Virus record (IMG/VR): IMGVR_UViG_3300034137_000024
Location: 17,491 to 81,490 of that record
DNA length: 64,000 nt
Reading direction: 5' to 3' (one strand)
Source of the DNA: a virus
Under the pieces are notes generated by a model. That model did no database searches, was not told where the DNA came from, and saw only the letters and a program-made list of their open reading frames with translations. The position numbers and the translations under genes are program-made. Position 1 is the first letter of the stretch; each line of letters opens with the position of its first letter. Below, piece after piece: positions 18,048 through 27,065 of this stretch.

Positions 18048-18750
18048 CTGGGCTCCCCTTGAAATAGGGCTCGTACTTGAACCGGCGCACCTTCAGGATA
18101 TTGGCGACGTATTCACGGTTGATTTTGAAAAAGGACTGGCCGTAGCCGCGCTGCGCCTTGCGGCTCTTGAGGCTGGTCTGCTCGACGTTGTCGAACCACC
18201 GAGAGGGGTCGCACCCGTCCGTGTTGGCGCATAGGCGACGATCCTGCAGGACGCCTGCCTGGCCGCCGTTGTAAGCCGAAAGGGTGAACGAGAGCCGGTC
18301 CGCAACCGTTGCAGCATCGCGCTGGCGGTCGTACAGGTCTTTGTCCATGACCACGATGGCCAGCAATTGATAACTGGCGTCGTAGCGGCTCGCCCAAGAC
18401 CAGCCGCGGAGGCTTTCGTGCTTCGCCGCCAGAGCGCTGATGGTGTCGAAACGGATCGAGCCGTCCGCTCGGTACGCCCGGGTGAACTGCCCCATGCCCA
18501 CGCCATTTTCCCGACTGGTCTTGAGTTCGGCCCGAGGGTTCCAACACTTCTGGCTGCGCAGGGTTACGCAGGATTCTTGCTCGATCTGGCCCGCCAGGAA
18601 CGAAGGCGTCGGGGCGTCCGGCCAGGTGTTCTGCTGCGCCGTCACCAGGGCAGGTAGGTACTGCTTGGCCCGATCGGGCACTTGGTCAGCAGCGAGCGCC
18701 GCATGTGTGAGGGCTAGCTGCAGCACCAAGGCAGGAAACAGGCGGCGCAT
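18037..18750 (-). CDS. Endolysin, lytic transglycosylase with signal peptide
   Basis: AGQIEQES catalytic Glu, GMGQFT, AYNGG; N-terminal MRRLFPALVLQLALTHAALA. Confidence 0.88.
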   Translation of the reverse strand: MRRLFPALVLQLALTHAALAADQVPDRAKQYLPALVTAQQNTWPDAPTPSFLAGQIEQESCVTLRSQKCWNPRAELKTSRENGVGMGQFTRAYRADGSIRFDTISALAAKHESLRGWSWASRYDASYQLLAIVVMDKDLYDRQRDAATVADRLSFTLSAYNGGQAGVLQDRRLCANTDGCDPSRWFDNVEQTSLKSRKAQRGYGQSFFKINREYVANILKVRRFKYEPYFKGSPDAN

Positions 18751-18751
18751 A

Positions 18752-19072
18752 TCAGGCCTTAGACCAGACGACCATGGCGCAGATAATCACCGCCACGAAC
18801 GCAATCAGGGTGCTGGCCACTAGGCTCGCGGCTACGTTGCCCTTGATCGTTTCGCAGACCAGGGTGGACAGATTGATCTGGGGAAAGACTATCCGGCTCA
18901 CGATCACGGCGACGCCGGCGAGAATCGGGGCGAAGATCAGCCACTGCATCAGGGTCTTGAACATCGCGGGGTCTAGGCCCCACAGCAGGGCGGCCGGGGG
19001 AATGATGAGTAGCCAGCCGGACTTATCGAAAAGTGCCTTGGCCCGTTGCTTCTTGAGTTCGATAGTTTCCAT
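18752..19072 (-). CDS. Putative holin (3 TM)
   Basis: Three hydrophobic helices, first gene of the lysis cassette. Confidence 0.75.
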   Translation of the reverse strand: METIELKKQRAKALFDKSGWLLIIPPAALLWGLDPAMFKTLMQWLIFAPILAGVAVIVSRIVFPQINLSTLVCETIKGNVAASLVASTLIAFVAVIICAMVVWSKA

Positions 19073-19098
19073 GATTCGCTCAAAGTAGATTTCGACGA

Positions 19099-19114
19099 AT
19101 AATGGAGTCACGAC
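19099..19114 (-). promoter_or_regulatory. Late-type promoter GTCGTGAC-TC-CATTAT (lysis operon)
   Basis: Consensus match between a terminator and the holin start. Confidence 0.75.
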
Positions 19115-19135
19115 CCGAGGTGGCCGGGCGCGCAG

Positions 19136-19159
19136 AAAAAAGCCCCCATTGCGGGGGCT
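19136..19159 (-). terminator. Rho-independent terminator (tail operon)
   Basis: AGCCCCC-attgc-GGGGGCT with A-run on + strand. Confidence 0.8.
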
Positions 19160-19166
19160 CTCAAGA

Positions 19167-19787
19167 TCAGGATGTGGTGGACGCATCCTCGTCGGTTTCA
19201 GTCGTTTCCTCCGAGGTGCTCGAGGCCGTATCGGTCGCCGTGGATTCGTCGTCCGTTGCAGCCTCGGCAGCGGCCAACCAATCCGGAGCAATTGGCTTGG
19301 TTGAGTCGGCCGGGAAGTCGGTCACTGTCGGCCAGTCGCGCAAGGCCTGGCGGTAAACCAGGAGCGCCGCGTACTGGTCGCCGGTAAGGGTGGTGGCAGT
19401 GCCCGCGTCGGTCTGGTCGCGATGGCGTTCGACCAGCCACTGACTGGCGGTAATTTCCGCGTCGCGCCAGGCGCGGGCCGTGGCTTCCAGTTCATCGGTG
19501 GTGTAGATCGGCGCCGCATAGGCGGTAATCGTGCCGTAGGTACCTGCCAACAATGCCGCGTACAGTTCCGCCGCGTGAATCTCGGTATCACTGGCGCTAC
19601 AGGTAAAAGGCAACTCACCCAGGACGTCAAACGTCACCGTGGCATTGATTAGGGTTTGCGCCTCATCGACGTAGTGCGGATCTGCGACAGCGGTGTATGT
19701 AAGAGTGGCTACCGGATCCAGTACGACCGACTCGGGCGCGGTGGCGGTGGCGGTGGCGGTGGCGGTGCTTTCAGTCGTATCAGTCAT
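19167..19787 (-). CDS. Tail fibre assembly chaperone
   Basis: ARAWRDAEI..SQWLVERHRD...L.YRQALRDWP; follows the fibre gene. Confidence 0.85.
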   Translation of the reverse strand: MTDTTESTATATATATAPESVVLDPVATLTYTAVADPHYVDEAQTLINATVTFDVLGELPFTCSASDTEIHAAELYAALLAGTYGTITAYAAPIYTTDELEATARAWRDAEITASQWLVERHRDQTDAGTATTLTGDQYAALLVYRQALRDWPTVTDFPADSTKPIAPDWLAAAEAATDDESTATDTASSTSEETTETDEDASTTS

Positions 19788-21581
19788 TTATGCAATTCTC
19801 ACAAAAAGAGTGTGATCGCCCGCAGAGGCGTAACCCAGGCAACGCCAGGTGCCGGACGGCGCCCCGGCATAACTACCGGTACTGCCGTACAGGAGGCTTG
19901 ACCCGGCGTAAGAGGTACCGGTAGTGCAGAGCGCGCCGGTGCCGTTGCGGAAAAAGCCATAGGTTCCCACCCCGCCTGCACCAAGCGCCACCGTGGCGGC
20001 GGGCAGATAGGAGCCGACGTTACCGCTATGCCACAACGCGTATGAAAGGCTGCCCATGCTGTAGCCGCCGACGGAAATCTGGTTATCGGTATTCAGGCCG
20101 AAATAAATCGCGTAATTATTGTCACGGATAAAACACATACCAGCGATGGCGGCATCGTTGGCACCATTACCAATGACTAGGGGGCAGGTGGTGAAGTAAG
20201 CGCTGGTAGCAGATGACATGGCCGGAATGGAGCCGCTATACAGCTCCGTCCCATAAGATGCCTGGATACTGCCCAGGGCCATGCGGGCGCTGATTTTTGT
20301 TTCCAGCGCGACCACCTCGTTGTTAAAGTCGGGAAGGGCCACGGCATCGGTAATCCCATAGCCATTTAAGGTCGTGGCCACGTTGGCCTTGGTGTTGGGG
20401 TTGAAGTTGACCGAATCCCAAGGTGTCGCCCCGGCAAAGGTCGGGCGTACGGTAAAACTGGCAGCGCCTGTCACTGCCAACGTGCTGGCCAAGGTCACTG
20501 CACCGCTTAGCGTGGTCGCCCCAGTCACTGCAAGCGTGCTGCTCAGCGTCGCAGCGCCTGTCACCGCCAAGGTTGTGGCTACCGACAGTAGACCTGCTAA
20601 CGTCGTCGCGCCTGTCACTGCCAACGTGCTGGCCAAGGTCGCCGCACCGGTTAACGTGGTCGCCCCAGTCACCGCAAGCGTGCTTTTCAGCGTCGTCGCG
20701 CCTGTCACTGCCAAGGTGCTGGCCAAGGTCGCCGCACCGCTTAGCGTGGTCGCCCCAGTCACTGCAAGCGTGCTGCTCAGCGTCGCAGCGCCTGTCACTG
20801 CCAACGTGCTGGCCAAGGTCGCCGCACCGCTTAGCGTGGTTGCGCCCGTGACCGCAAGCGTGCTGCTCAGCGTCGCAGCGCCTGTCACCGCCAAGGTTGT
20901 GGCCAACGTAGTCGCGCCGGCTACCGACAGAAGTCCCCCCAGCGAAGTAGCGCCAGTCACAGCCAAGGTGCTGGAGAGAATGGCCGCGCCGCTGACCGAA
21001 AGCGTCGGCACGAAGGTGGTGCCGCTGACTATATTGGTGCCGTCGCAGTACACCCAGCTGCTATAACCCCGGGGGATGGCGATGCCGGTGCCCGATGCCG
21101 TTTTCAGCGTAACGGTGTAGTCGCCGGTGCTGCTATTTGTTACCAGCCACTTGCCTGTAATGCTCGGAAACACCACAGACTTGGCAGCGGTCACTGCTCC
21201 AGACAGAACTAGAAGCGCGTAACCGTACTGCCCCACGACCAGCGTCGTCGTACTGGAGCCAGCAATACTGACCGTCGCCAGGCCGTTAACCGCGTCCTGG
21301 ACAAAGGCAGTGTTGGCGATCTTGGTGCTGTCGTCGCCTACGGCCTGGGTGGGCGTGGTCGGACTACCGGTTAGCGATGGCGAGTCGTTGGTCGCATACG
21401 CCGAGATCAGCGTGGTGCCCGCTTCCAGGGCGTCCATGTGCTGCTTGAGGTACCCGGTCCGGTTCGCCAAGCTCAGCAGCGGGGAGTTGGTGACAGAGCC
21501 GACGCCACCATCTACCGGGTCGGTGGTTTCGATCTGGTAAACGCCCGAGTCGTAGGAAACTACTTCAGGTTGATATGCCAT
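19788..21581 (-). CDS. Tail fibre protein with internal repeats
   Basis: LANRT.YLK, SP.LTG.PT.PT...DDST.IANTAFV, WDS.N, C-terminal GTWRC.G. Confidence 0.9.
   Translation of the reverse strand: MAYQPEVVSYDSGVYQIETTDPVDGGVGSVTNSPLLSLANRTGYLKQHMDALEAGTTLISAYATNDSPSLTGSPTTPTQAVGDDSTKIANTAFVQDAVNGLATVSIAGSSTTTLVVGQYGYALLVLSGAVTAAKSVVFPSITGKWLVTNSSTGDYTVTLKTASGTGIAIPRGYSSWVYCDGTNIVSGTTFVPTLSVSGAAILSSTLAVTGATSLGGLLSVAGATTLATTLAVTGAATLSSTLAVTGATTLSGAATLASTLAVTGAATLSSTLAVTGATTLSGAATLASTLAVTGATTLKSTLAVTGATTLTGAATLASTLAVTGATTLAGLLSVATTLAVTGAATLSSTLAVTGATTLSGAVTLASTLAVTGAASFTVRPTFAGATPWDSVNFNPNTKANVATTLNGYGITDAVALPDFNNEVVALETKISARMALGSIQASYGTELYSGSIPAMSSATSAYFTTCPLVIGNGANDAAIAGMCFIRDNNYAIYFGLNTDNQISVGGYSMGSLSYALWHSGNVGSYLPAATVALGAGGVGTYGFFRNGTGALCTTGTSYAGSSLLYGSTGSYAGAPSGTWRCLGYASAGDHTLFVRIA
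20461..20975 (-). repeat. Tandem 36/54/90-bp coding repeats (TLAVTGAATLSS / TLSGAA units)
   Basis: Near-identical 90-bp units around 20691-20880; about 11 LAVTGA copies. Confidence 0.9.
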
Positions 21582-21590
21582 TGGGGGACC

Positions 21591-22046
21591 TTAGAATGTG
21601 ATGATCCATGTCCCCGAGAAGGACAGATCGGAAGCTTTTGGAATGGCGGCTGTGCGGGTTTTACGGGCATAGAGCGTTCCCCCGGCGGTGAACAGGCCGA
21701 ACTCGCCGATCGACACACCGTTGTTTTCGGTACTTGCGAGGGAAAAGACGAAAGACACCTGGTTAGTAGCTGGGTAGGAAATAGAGTCCAGCGTTTTCAT
21801 GTACGCGCCGGTCAGGCTGGTGTTGCCGACCACGGGGGATGTAAGGCTGGTACCGAAACCGATCTGGGTAACAGACTGGTTGGTAACCGTGCCTCCAAGT
21901 AGCTTGGCGTGAATCTGTTTCGAGCTGGTAACGATCAGATTCTTCTCTTCAAAGACCTCGATCAGTTCGCCATTGCGGAATATTTTCAGTTGGAAAAACC
22001 CGGTAGGGCCTTCCTCATACTGGTCAATAAGTGGTTTGCCGTTCAT
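21591..22046 (-). CDS. Baseplate / tail-fibre attachment protein
   Basis: NLIV, IGFGT, EFGLF..GGTLYAR...WII.F pattern. Confidence 0.7.
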   Translation of the reverse strand: MNGKPLIDQYEEGPTGFFQLKIFRNGELIEVFEEKNLIVTSSKQIHAKLLGGTVTNQSVTQIGFGTSLTSPVVGNTSLTGAYMKTLDSISYPATNQVSFVFSLASTENNGVSIGEFGLFTAGGTLYARKTRTAAIPKASDLSFSGTWIITF

Positions 22047-22051
22047 GCAGC

Positions 22052-22085
22052 CTCCGGTTAATTAACCGGAGTCTGCTGTCACGAC
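22052..22085 (-). promoter_or_regulatory. Late-type promoter GTCGTGAC-AG-CAGACT overlapping a 20-bp palindrome that covers the RBS
   Basis: Motif 22070-22085; palindrome CTCCGGTTAATTAACCGGAG 22052-22071; GGAGG 22055-22051. Confidence 0.75.
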
Positions 22086-22093
22086 GGGAGCGA

Positions 22094-23203
22094 TTAGAGG
22101 GCGCCTGTGATACCGCCGTGGAAGGTGATCGCGCCGTTTCGGTACCGCTTGGAGTCATAGTGGTAGTCGTACACGATCGAGCCCGACAGCGCATTATCGT
22201 CGCTGGGTGCATCCAGGGTGTCGGTGAACGCCGACAGGATCGAAGCCAGGACTACGCTGCCATCGGCTGGCTCGTCCAGGGTGTCGGTGAATAGCGGCGC
22301 CACGGTAAGAGTGCTGAATGTATCGGCTGGCTCGTCCAGGGTGTCGGAGATGGTGCCCGCCTGCAGAGACAGCGAGCGCAGGTGCGTCCCCGCCGAGCGG
22401 ATGGTTTCAATGATCGTCGCTATTCGCGCCGCAAACGCAGTGGGGTCGTCCCCACCAAGCAGGTCGTAGCCATACTCAACATCAAACAAGCCGTACTTTG
22501 GCACGGCCTTCGATATGTAGTTGTACGAGCTATCCCGGGTGATTTGAGAGTTATAGAGTGGCGCGACATCGCTGTAGACCGTCACGTCGGTGACATTGGT
22601 CGACTGGCCGGTGTAGAACGTGATCGCCTGCTCAATGGCAATGTTGTTGCAGCGCGGCCGCAGCGTGGTCGCCACAATGCGCGGGCCATAGCTGGAGTCC
22701 AGTTCATCAGTCTGGCGCGCACAGTTGTAATAGGCGCCCAATTCGTCCAGCCACTCATCGTCCGCCGTCGCCAGGCTCATCTGCTCAATCGCCAGGGGAA
22801 TTTGCGTCGCGGCCGCCTGCAGTTCGAGTGAATACGCCTCCAGGTAAGCCCAGGTCAGGCTGGAATACGCATAGAGCCGATCGCCCTTGTCGTCGGCCAA
22901 GTCACCCGTGGCATCGATCAGTATCCTGGCAGAAAGCGCTTGGTTCGCCGCGCTGGCACCCTTGAGGATCGAATAACCAGGCGCGGCTGAAATGTAGGCG
23001 ATCAGTTCAGCAATCGTGTAATCGGTCAGGTCCAGAGCGAGATCAACGCCCTGGCCTCCGCTAACCGAAGTAGTGAGCACCGCATTACTGACCTCCCAGG
23101 TCAGGCCGTCCCCGTCGTAACCGATCTGCAACGCAAGAAAGCTCTCCGGATCAGGGTCGAACACCCTGTGCAGCAGCCCCAGCAGCTTCTGGGTCAGTTT
23201 CAT
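22094..23203 (-). CDS. Baseplate wedge protein
   Basis: Follows the baseplate J-like gene; WLDELG.YY...R..DE.D..Y..RI; three DTLD(E/A)P repeats. Confidence 0.7.
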   Translation of the reverse strand: MKLTQKLLGLLHRVFDPDPESFLALQIGYDGDGLTWEVSNAVLTTSVSGGQGVDLALDLTDYTIAELIAYISAAPGYSILKGASAANQALSARILIDATGDLADDKGDRLYAYSSLTWAYLEAYSLELQAAATQIPLAIEQMSLATADDEWLDELGAYYNCARQTDELDSSYGPRIVATTLRPRCNNIAIEQAITFYTGQSTNVTDVTVYSDVAPLYNSQITRDSSYNYISKAVPKYGLFDVEYGYDLLGGDDPTAFAARIATIIETIRSAGTHLRSLSLQAGTISDTLDEPADTFSTLTVAPLFTDTLDEPADGSVVLASILSAFTDTLDAPSDDNALSGSIVYDYHYDSKRYRNGAITFHGGITGAL

Positions 23204-24318
23204 GAAATGGTGATCTCCCCGGGCATGAGTTTGACGATTTCGGCGGCAGCAGTATCGGCAGTCGGCGCAGACAGCGTGAAGTTGTAGATGCCCTCAATGG
23301 CCATTACCACGGCAATAAGCTCGGCATACAGGCAGGAGGCGCCGATATCGAGGGCTTGGATGTAGGCATAGATCGCTGAAGATGCGCTCGCCACCAACGT
23401 GGCGTGGTCGTAGCCGTCCTCTTCAACCAGCACGCCGGTGATGTCCACCGCAGTCTCGGTGGCAGCGTAAACGGTGCAGGGAATGCCCGCAGCCTTGTAC
23501 CCGGCAACCTTGGTGCCATCGGTGTCGGTGTATCCGTCCACGATCGTTTGAGCCTGCGCGACCAGTTCAACAGTCGTACTGCCCACTCCATTGTGGATGT
23601 AGCAAGTGACCATGGCGATTGGGTTGGTCACTGAATCATTGACGTAGGGCTCCACCACCACGGCCACTATGACCTGCTCGGTAATGTTCCCGGCCGAATC
23701 CGTCAGGTTGGCGGTCTTGAGCCCATAGACAATGCCGCTCTTGGTTGAGCGGTTGATCGCGTCGATGTACGCCGCAAAGCGCAGCTTGCGCTCGCTGTCG
23801 GTCTCCTCCTCGGAACCGTTAACGAACGCGGCAGGGTTGGTCGCGCTGGAGAAATTCGAGGGCGACGGCGAAAGGGTAAAGGACTCGCCGGCGGAGATAT
23901 TGCCCGCGGTACCGGTGGTATCGGCCTCCGTCTGCACGTCCACATAGGACGCCCCGGCGGCTACCTTGGTGTTCTCCAGGGAGCTATAGGTGCTCGATAG
24001 CCCCGTGCCGGTAAAAGTGGTACCCGCCTCGATCACTGCGTCAGCCGAAGCCGGTTCAACGATGATCCTGATCAAACCGGTCGCGGATACCGCCTCAATC
24101 CGGTCGAAGTCGAACGAGTTGTAGACCGCGACCGGAATAGCTTCTTTGATACCGACGAACATCTGCTGATAGAGCTCATCGATTTCCATGGCGGGCGCTT
24201 CAATCAGCGTGCGAGCCACGCTGCCCACGGTGTAGTCGCTGATTTTGGTCGTGCTCGCCTTCATCCAGTTGATCATGGAGGCGGTTACGCTTACGAAGTT
24301 TTTAAATTGAAAGGCCAA
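23200..24318 (-). CDS. Baseplate J-like protein
   Basis: DY.VGSVARTLIEA, G.EEETD.ER..RF, Y.A.GI. Confidence 0.88.
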   Translation of the reverse strand: MAFQFKNFVSVTASMINWMKASTTKISDYTVGSVARTLIEAPAMEIDELYQQMFVGIKEAIPVAVYNSFDFDRIEAVSATGLIRIIVEPASADAVIEAGTTFTGTGLSSTYSSLENTKVAAGASYVDVQTEADTTGTAGNISAGESFTLSPSPSNFSSATNPAAFVNGSEEETDSERKLRFAAYIDAINRSTKSGIVYGLKTANLTDSAGNITEQVIVAVVVEPYVNDSVTNPIAMVTCYIHNGVGSTTVELVAQAQTIVDGYTDTDGTKVAGYKAAGIPCTVYAATETAVDITGVLVEEDGYDHATLVASASSAIYAYIQALDIGASCLYAELIAVVMAIEGIYNFTLSAPTADTAAAEIVKLMPGEITIS

Positions 24319-24321
24319 GGT

Positions 24322-24942
24322 TTAGACCGTCGCTTCAATGGTGACTGAGTCGCCGGAGATCGGCGTTACTTGGGCGACAACCACCAGGGCATCGCCACTG
24401 GACCCCACGGTGATGCTGTCGATGGTCTTGAGTCGGGCTTCCGAAACGAGCGCGTCCTGCACGTCCATCTGTCCGCGTAGCAGGGTGACCGCGTTGTTTT
24501 TGGCACCTACGCGGCGCTGAATCTTGCAGCCGTAGTCCGGGTGAAACAGGAGTTCCCCCGGGTCGGTCTTGACCAAGTGCCGCAAAGCCTGTTTGAGGTT
24601 GTCCCGGCCGGAAAGCACGGCCAGATCGCCATTGCTGTCGACAGAAAGCCTGCCGCTTACGAGAGAGCAGTCGGTCAACAGGACGTTGGTCGCGCCATCC
24701 GTTGCGGGCTCAGATTCCGCCGTAGAGGACGGGATCTTGATCGGCTGGCCAGCCAGTACGACGCGGTCTCCCGCCAGGTCAGAATCGTCGGTAATGAAGG
24801 GTGGTATTAGGTCGTTGAACCAGACCAGCTTTGCCCAAGAGGCCGCGTCGCCAAGCTCCCGCAGCGCGATCCGTTGCAGGGTGTCGCCCCGGCGGGTATT
24901 GGCGTAGCGGTACCCTGCGTATGTGGTAGCGAAGTCCGTCAT
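24322..24942 (-). CDS. LysM-like plus gp25/GPW baseplate wedge protein
   Basis: GDTLQRIA.RELGDA..W; G.DNLKQAL...T..GEL.FHPDYG. Confidence 0.85.
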   Translation of the reverse strand: MTDFATTYAGYRYANTRRGDTLQRIALRELGDAASWAKLVWFNDLIPPFITDDSDLAGDRVVLAGQPIKIPSSTAESEPATDGATNVLLTDCSLVSGRLSVDSNGDLAVLSGRDNLKQALRHLVKTDPGELLFHPDYGCKIQRRVGAKNNAVTLLRGQMDVQDALVSEARLKTIDSITVGSSGDALVVVAQVTPISGDSVTIEATV

Positions 24943-26243
24943 GCGGCCACCGTCAGGCCGTCATTGATCGTGGCCAAGCTGCTGGAAATGGTCGTAGTCG
25001 AGAGATCCGAGGTGACCAGGTCCACGTCGGCCAATGTTGACAGGGCGGCCGAAGCCTCCGGGGTAACAGTGATGCCGGTTGATGCGCTGGCCGTGATGTA
25101 CTCGAAGGTGTTGGAGGACGAGGCGGCATAGGCAGAAACTGAAGTACCGCCGTTGGTGCTCGAGCAGTTCGAGGCGCCATACACCGAGTCGTAGTCCTCG
25201 TAAGTCGCCGATGACACCTTGGCGTTCGCAAGCAGGCAATACAGGTTGGTGTATTCCCGGGCGACGCTGGATAAGGTGGCACTCGCGATATTCGGGATGC
25301 TGGCCACGAGGGACAGCGCGGTGAAGATATTGCAGGCCGCAGCCGTCGCCAGCTTCGCCACGGTAGCCACCGAGCTGATCAGGGCGACGCCGGTAGACAC
25401 CAAGGTCTTGACGGTCGTCAGCAGCTTGGAAGTGGCCGCAACGAACTTCTTGATAGGCGCGATGATCGTGCTATCCACCCACTGGTAGGCGGACACAAGC
25501 TTGGACGTGATTGCGCTGAGCGACGTCGACAGCGAGTCCAGCCAGGAGCTGGCGGTACTGGTGATGGTGCTGAACCAGCTGGAATTGTCGATCGTGGTCG
25601 ACGAGGTCAGCACCGAGCCGGTCAGGTCCTTGGAGAGCATGACGAAGCTAAACCGGTACATCGCCAGCAGCGGGCGACTTTTGCTGCGCTTGAGGTCGAA
25701 CACACGGGGGGCAATTTCGCGGCCGTAGTTGTTCAAGCTGTCCAACAGAAACAGCTTCACCTGGGTCGGATCGTCACCCCGAGCGATCGCCGCAGCGCGC
25801 TTGGAGTGCCAGCCGGAGTACACAAGCTGCTTGAAGTTGATCAGGCGCTCGATACCGCCGTTATCGGTCAGACTGGCCCGCCATCCGAGGGTGCCGGACA
25901 TGCTCCCCTCTTCAAGGCCCTCACCGAAAGAGTCCACCCAACCGCCGTTTAGGGTTTGGTTGACGGTCAACCGGCTGGGAAAGCCCACGGACAACTCCTC
26001 CGGCCGAATCTGGAGCGTCAACTCCTCGAAGGTTCCGCCGGACTCGTCGTCCAGGACAAAGGTGATGGGGCGAACGTCTGCCTTCTGCGAAACGGCAGAA
26101 CTCGAAGCACTCAAGCCAGCCAGGCTGGCAAGACTGCTGAAGCTGCTGAGGGCGCTACTCAGTCCCGTCGATACGCTGCTGACGGTGCTGGTTACGCTGC
26201 TGACGGTGCTGCTAACGTCGTCGCTAATAGTGCTTAGATCCAT
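24939..26243 (-). CDS. Ser/Thr-rich baseplate / tube-initiator-like protein
   Basis: IRPEEL....PSR..V.QTL.GGWVD.FG.G; ATG 26243. Confidence 0.65.
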   Translation of the reverse strand: MDLSTISDDVSSTVSSVTSTVSSVSTGLSSALSSFSSLASLAGLSASSSAVSQKADVRPITFVLDDESGGTFEELTLQIRPEELSVGFPSRLTVNQTLNGGWVDSFGEGLEEGSMSGTLGWRASLTDNGGIERLINFKQLVYSGWHSKRAAAIARGDDPTQVKLFLLDSLNNYGREIAPRVFDLKRSKSRPLLAMYRFSFVMLSKDLTGSVLTSSTTIDNSSWFSTITSTASSWLDSLSTSLSAITSKLVSAYQWVDSTIIAPIKKFVAATSKLLTTVKTLVSTGVALISSVATVAKLATAAACNIFTALSLVASIPNIASATLSSVAREYTNLYCLLANAKVSSATYEDYDSVYGASNCSSTNGGTSVSAYAASSSNTFEYITASASTGITVTPEASAALSTLADVDLVTSDLSTTTISSSLATINDGLTVAA

Positions 26244-26250
26244 GACGCCA

Positions 26251-26266
26251 AGCATGGCGTCACGAC
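26251..26266 (-). promoter_or_regulatory. Late-type promoter GTCGTGAC-GC-CATGCT (leaderless)
   Basis: ATG 7 nt after the hexamer. Confidence 0.75.
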
Positions 26267-26288
26267 GCTAGGCCCTCGTTGCCCTGCC

Positions 26289-27065
26289 CTACTCCTGCGC
26301 GCTTGGTGGCGACGCGCCGTTGTTGGAGTGGGTATGAGAGTTATAGATTTCGCGATCAGCAGCCATGCTGCGCACGCTATCGGTCACGTTGCCGCCGGCA
26401 GTGATATCAGTTCCCGCCGTCACGTTCTCACTGAACGCGGCAGTGGGGGTGGTGAACGACATGCCACCCGGAAAACTGAAACTGGCCTTGCCGGAGGCGC
26501 TGGTCACTTCCAGATTGCCCGAGGGGTCAATCTGGAAGGTCAGGGCCGGGGTCCCGGCATTTGCCACCACAAGGCACACGTAAGGCGCCGTGGCGGTGTT
26601 GTTGCTGATTGCCCAGTTGCCATCGAAGTCCTTGCCCGTCAGATCCTCATGCCCAGGCGTAGTACCGAAGCGCAGATAGGTACCGCTTGGGTGGTAGAAC
26701 TCGGTATTGCCCTCGCTATCGATCGTTGAATAGACGTCCGAAGCGTGCCGATCAATCCGGCGGTTCTGATCGGCAAAGGTCATCTGGCCGATTTGCGGGA
26801 ACAGGAACCCCTGCACGAACGGCTCTCGGCCCATATACCCGATAACCGCATACAACTGGCGACCCGAGGTCTGCGTCATATCCCATTTAGCGTCGTCGGT
26901 ACCGCGCTTGGGGATCGACAGGTCAGCAAAGCCGGTATTGGTACTGGCCGACTGCGACAGCACCTGGACTCCCGCCAAACGGGCGCCAGAGCGCAGCAGG
27001 GTGACGTCTACAGAGTGATCCTGCGGGTGAACAGCCGTCACAATGGCCTTTTCAAAGTCAGCCAT
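26289..27065 (-). CDS. Baseplate central spike (gpV-like)
   Basis: OB-fold N-terminus; C-terminal AGG.VTD...SM..DR..YNSHTH. Confidence 0.82.
   Translation of the reverse strand: MADFEKAIVTAVHPQDHSVDVTLLRSGARLAGVQVLSQSASTNTGFADLSIPKRGTDDAKWDMTQTSGRQLYAVIGYMGREPFVQGFLFPQIGQMTFADQNRRIDRHASDVYSTIDSEGNTEFYHPSGTYLRFGTTPGHEDLTGKDFDGNWAISNNTATAPYVCLVVANAGTPALTFQIDPSGNLEVTSASGKASFSFPGGMSFTTPTAAFSENVTAGTDITAGGNVTDSVRSMAADREIYNSHTHSNNGASPPSAQE

Noticed and set aside
20461-20975. Tandem repeats as a possible CRISPR array or DGR template/variable pair
   Set aside because: Repeats are in frame, have no unique spacers, and there are no cas or reverse transcriptase genes in the window.
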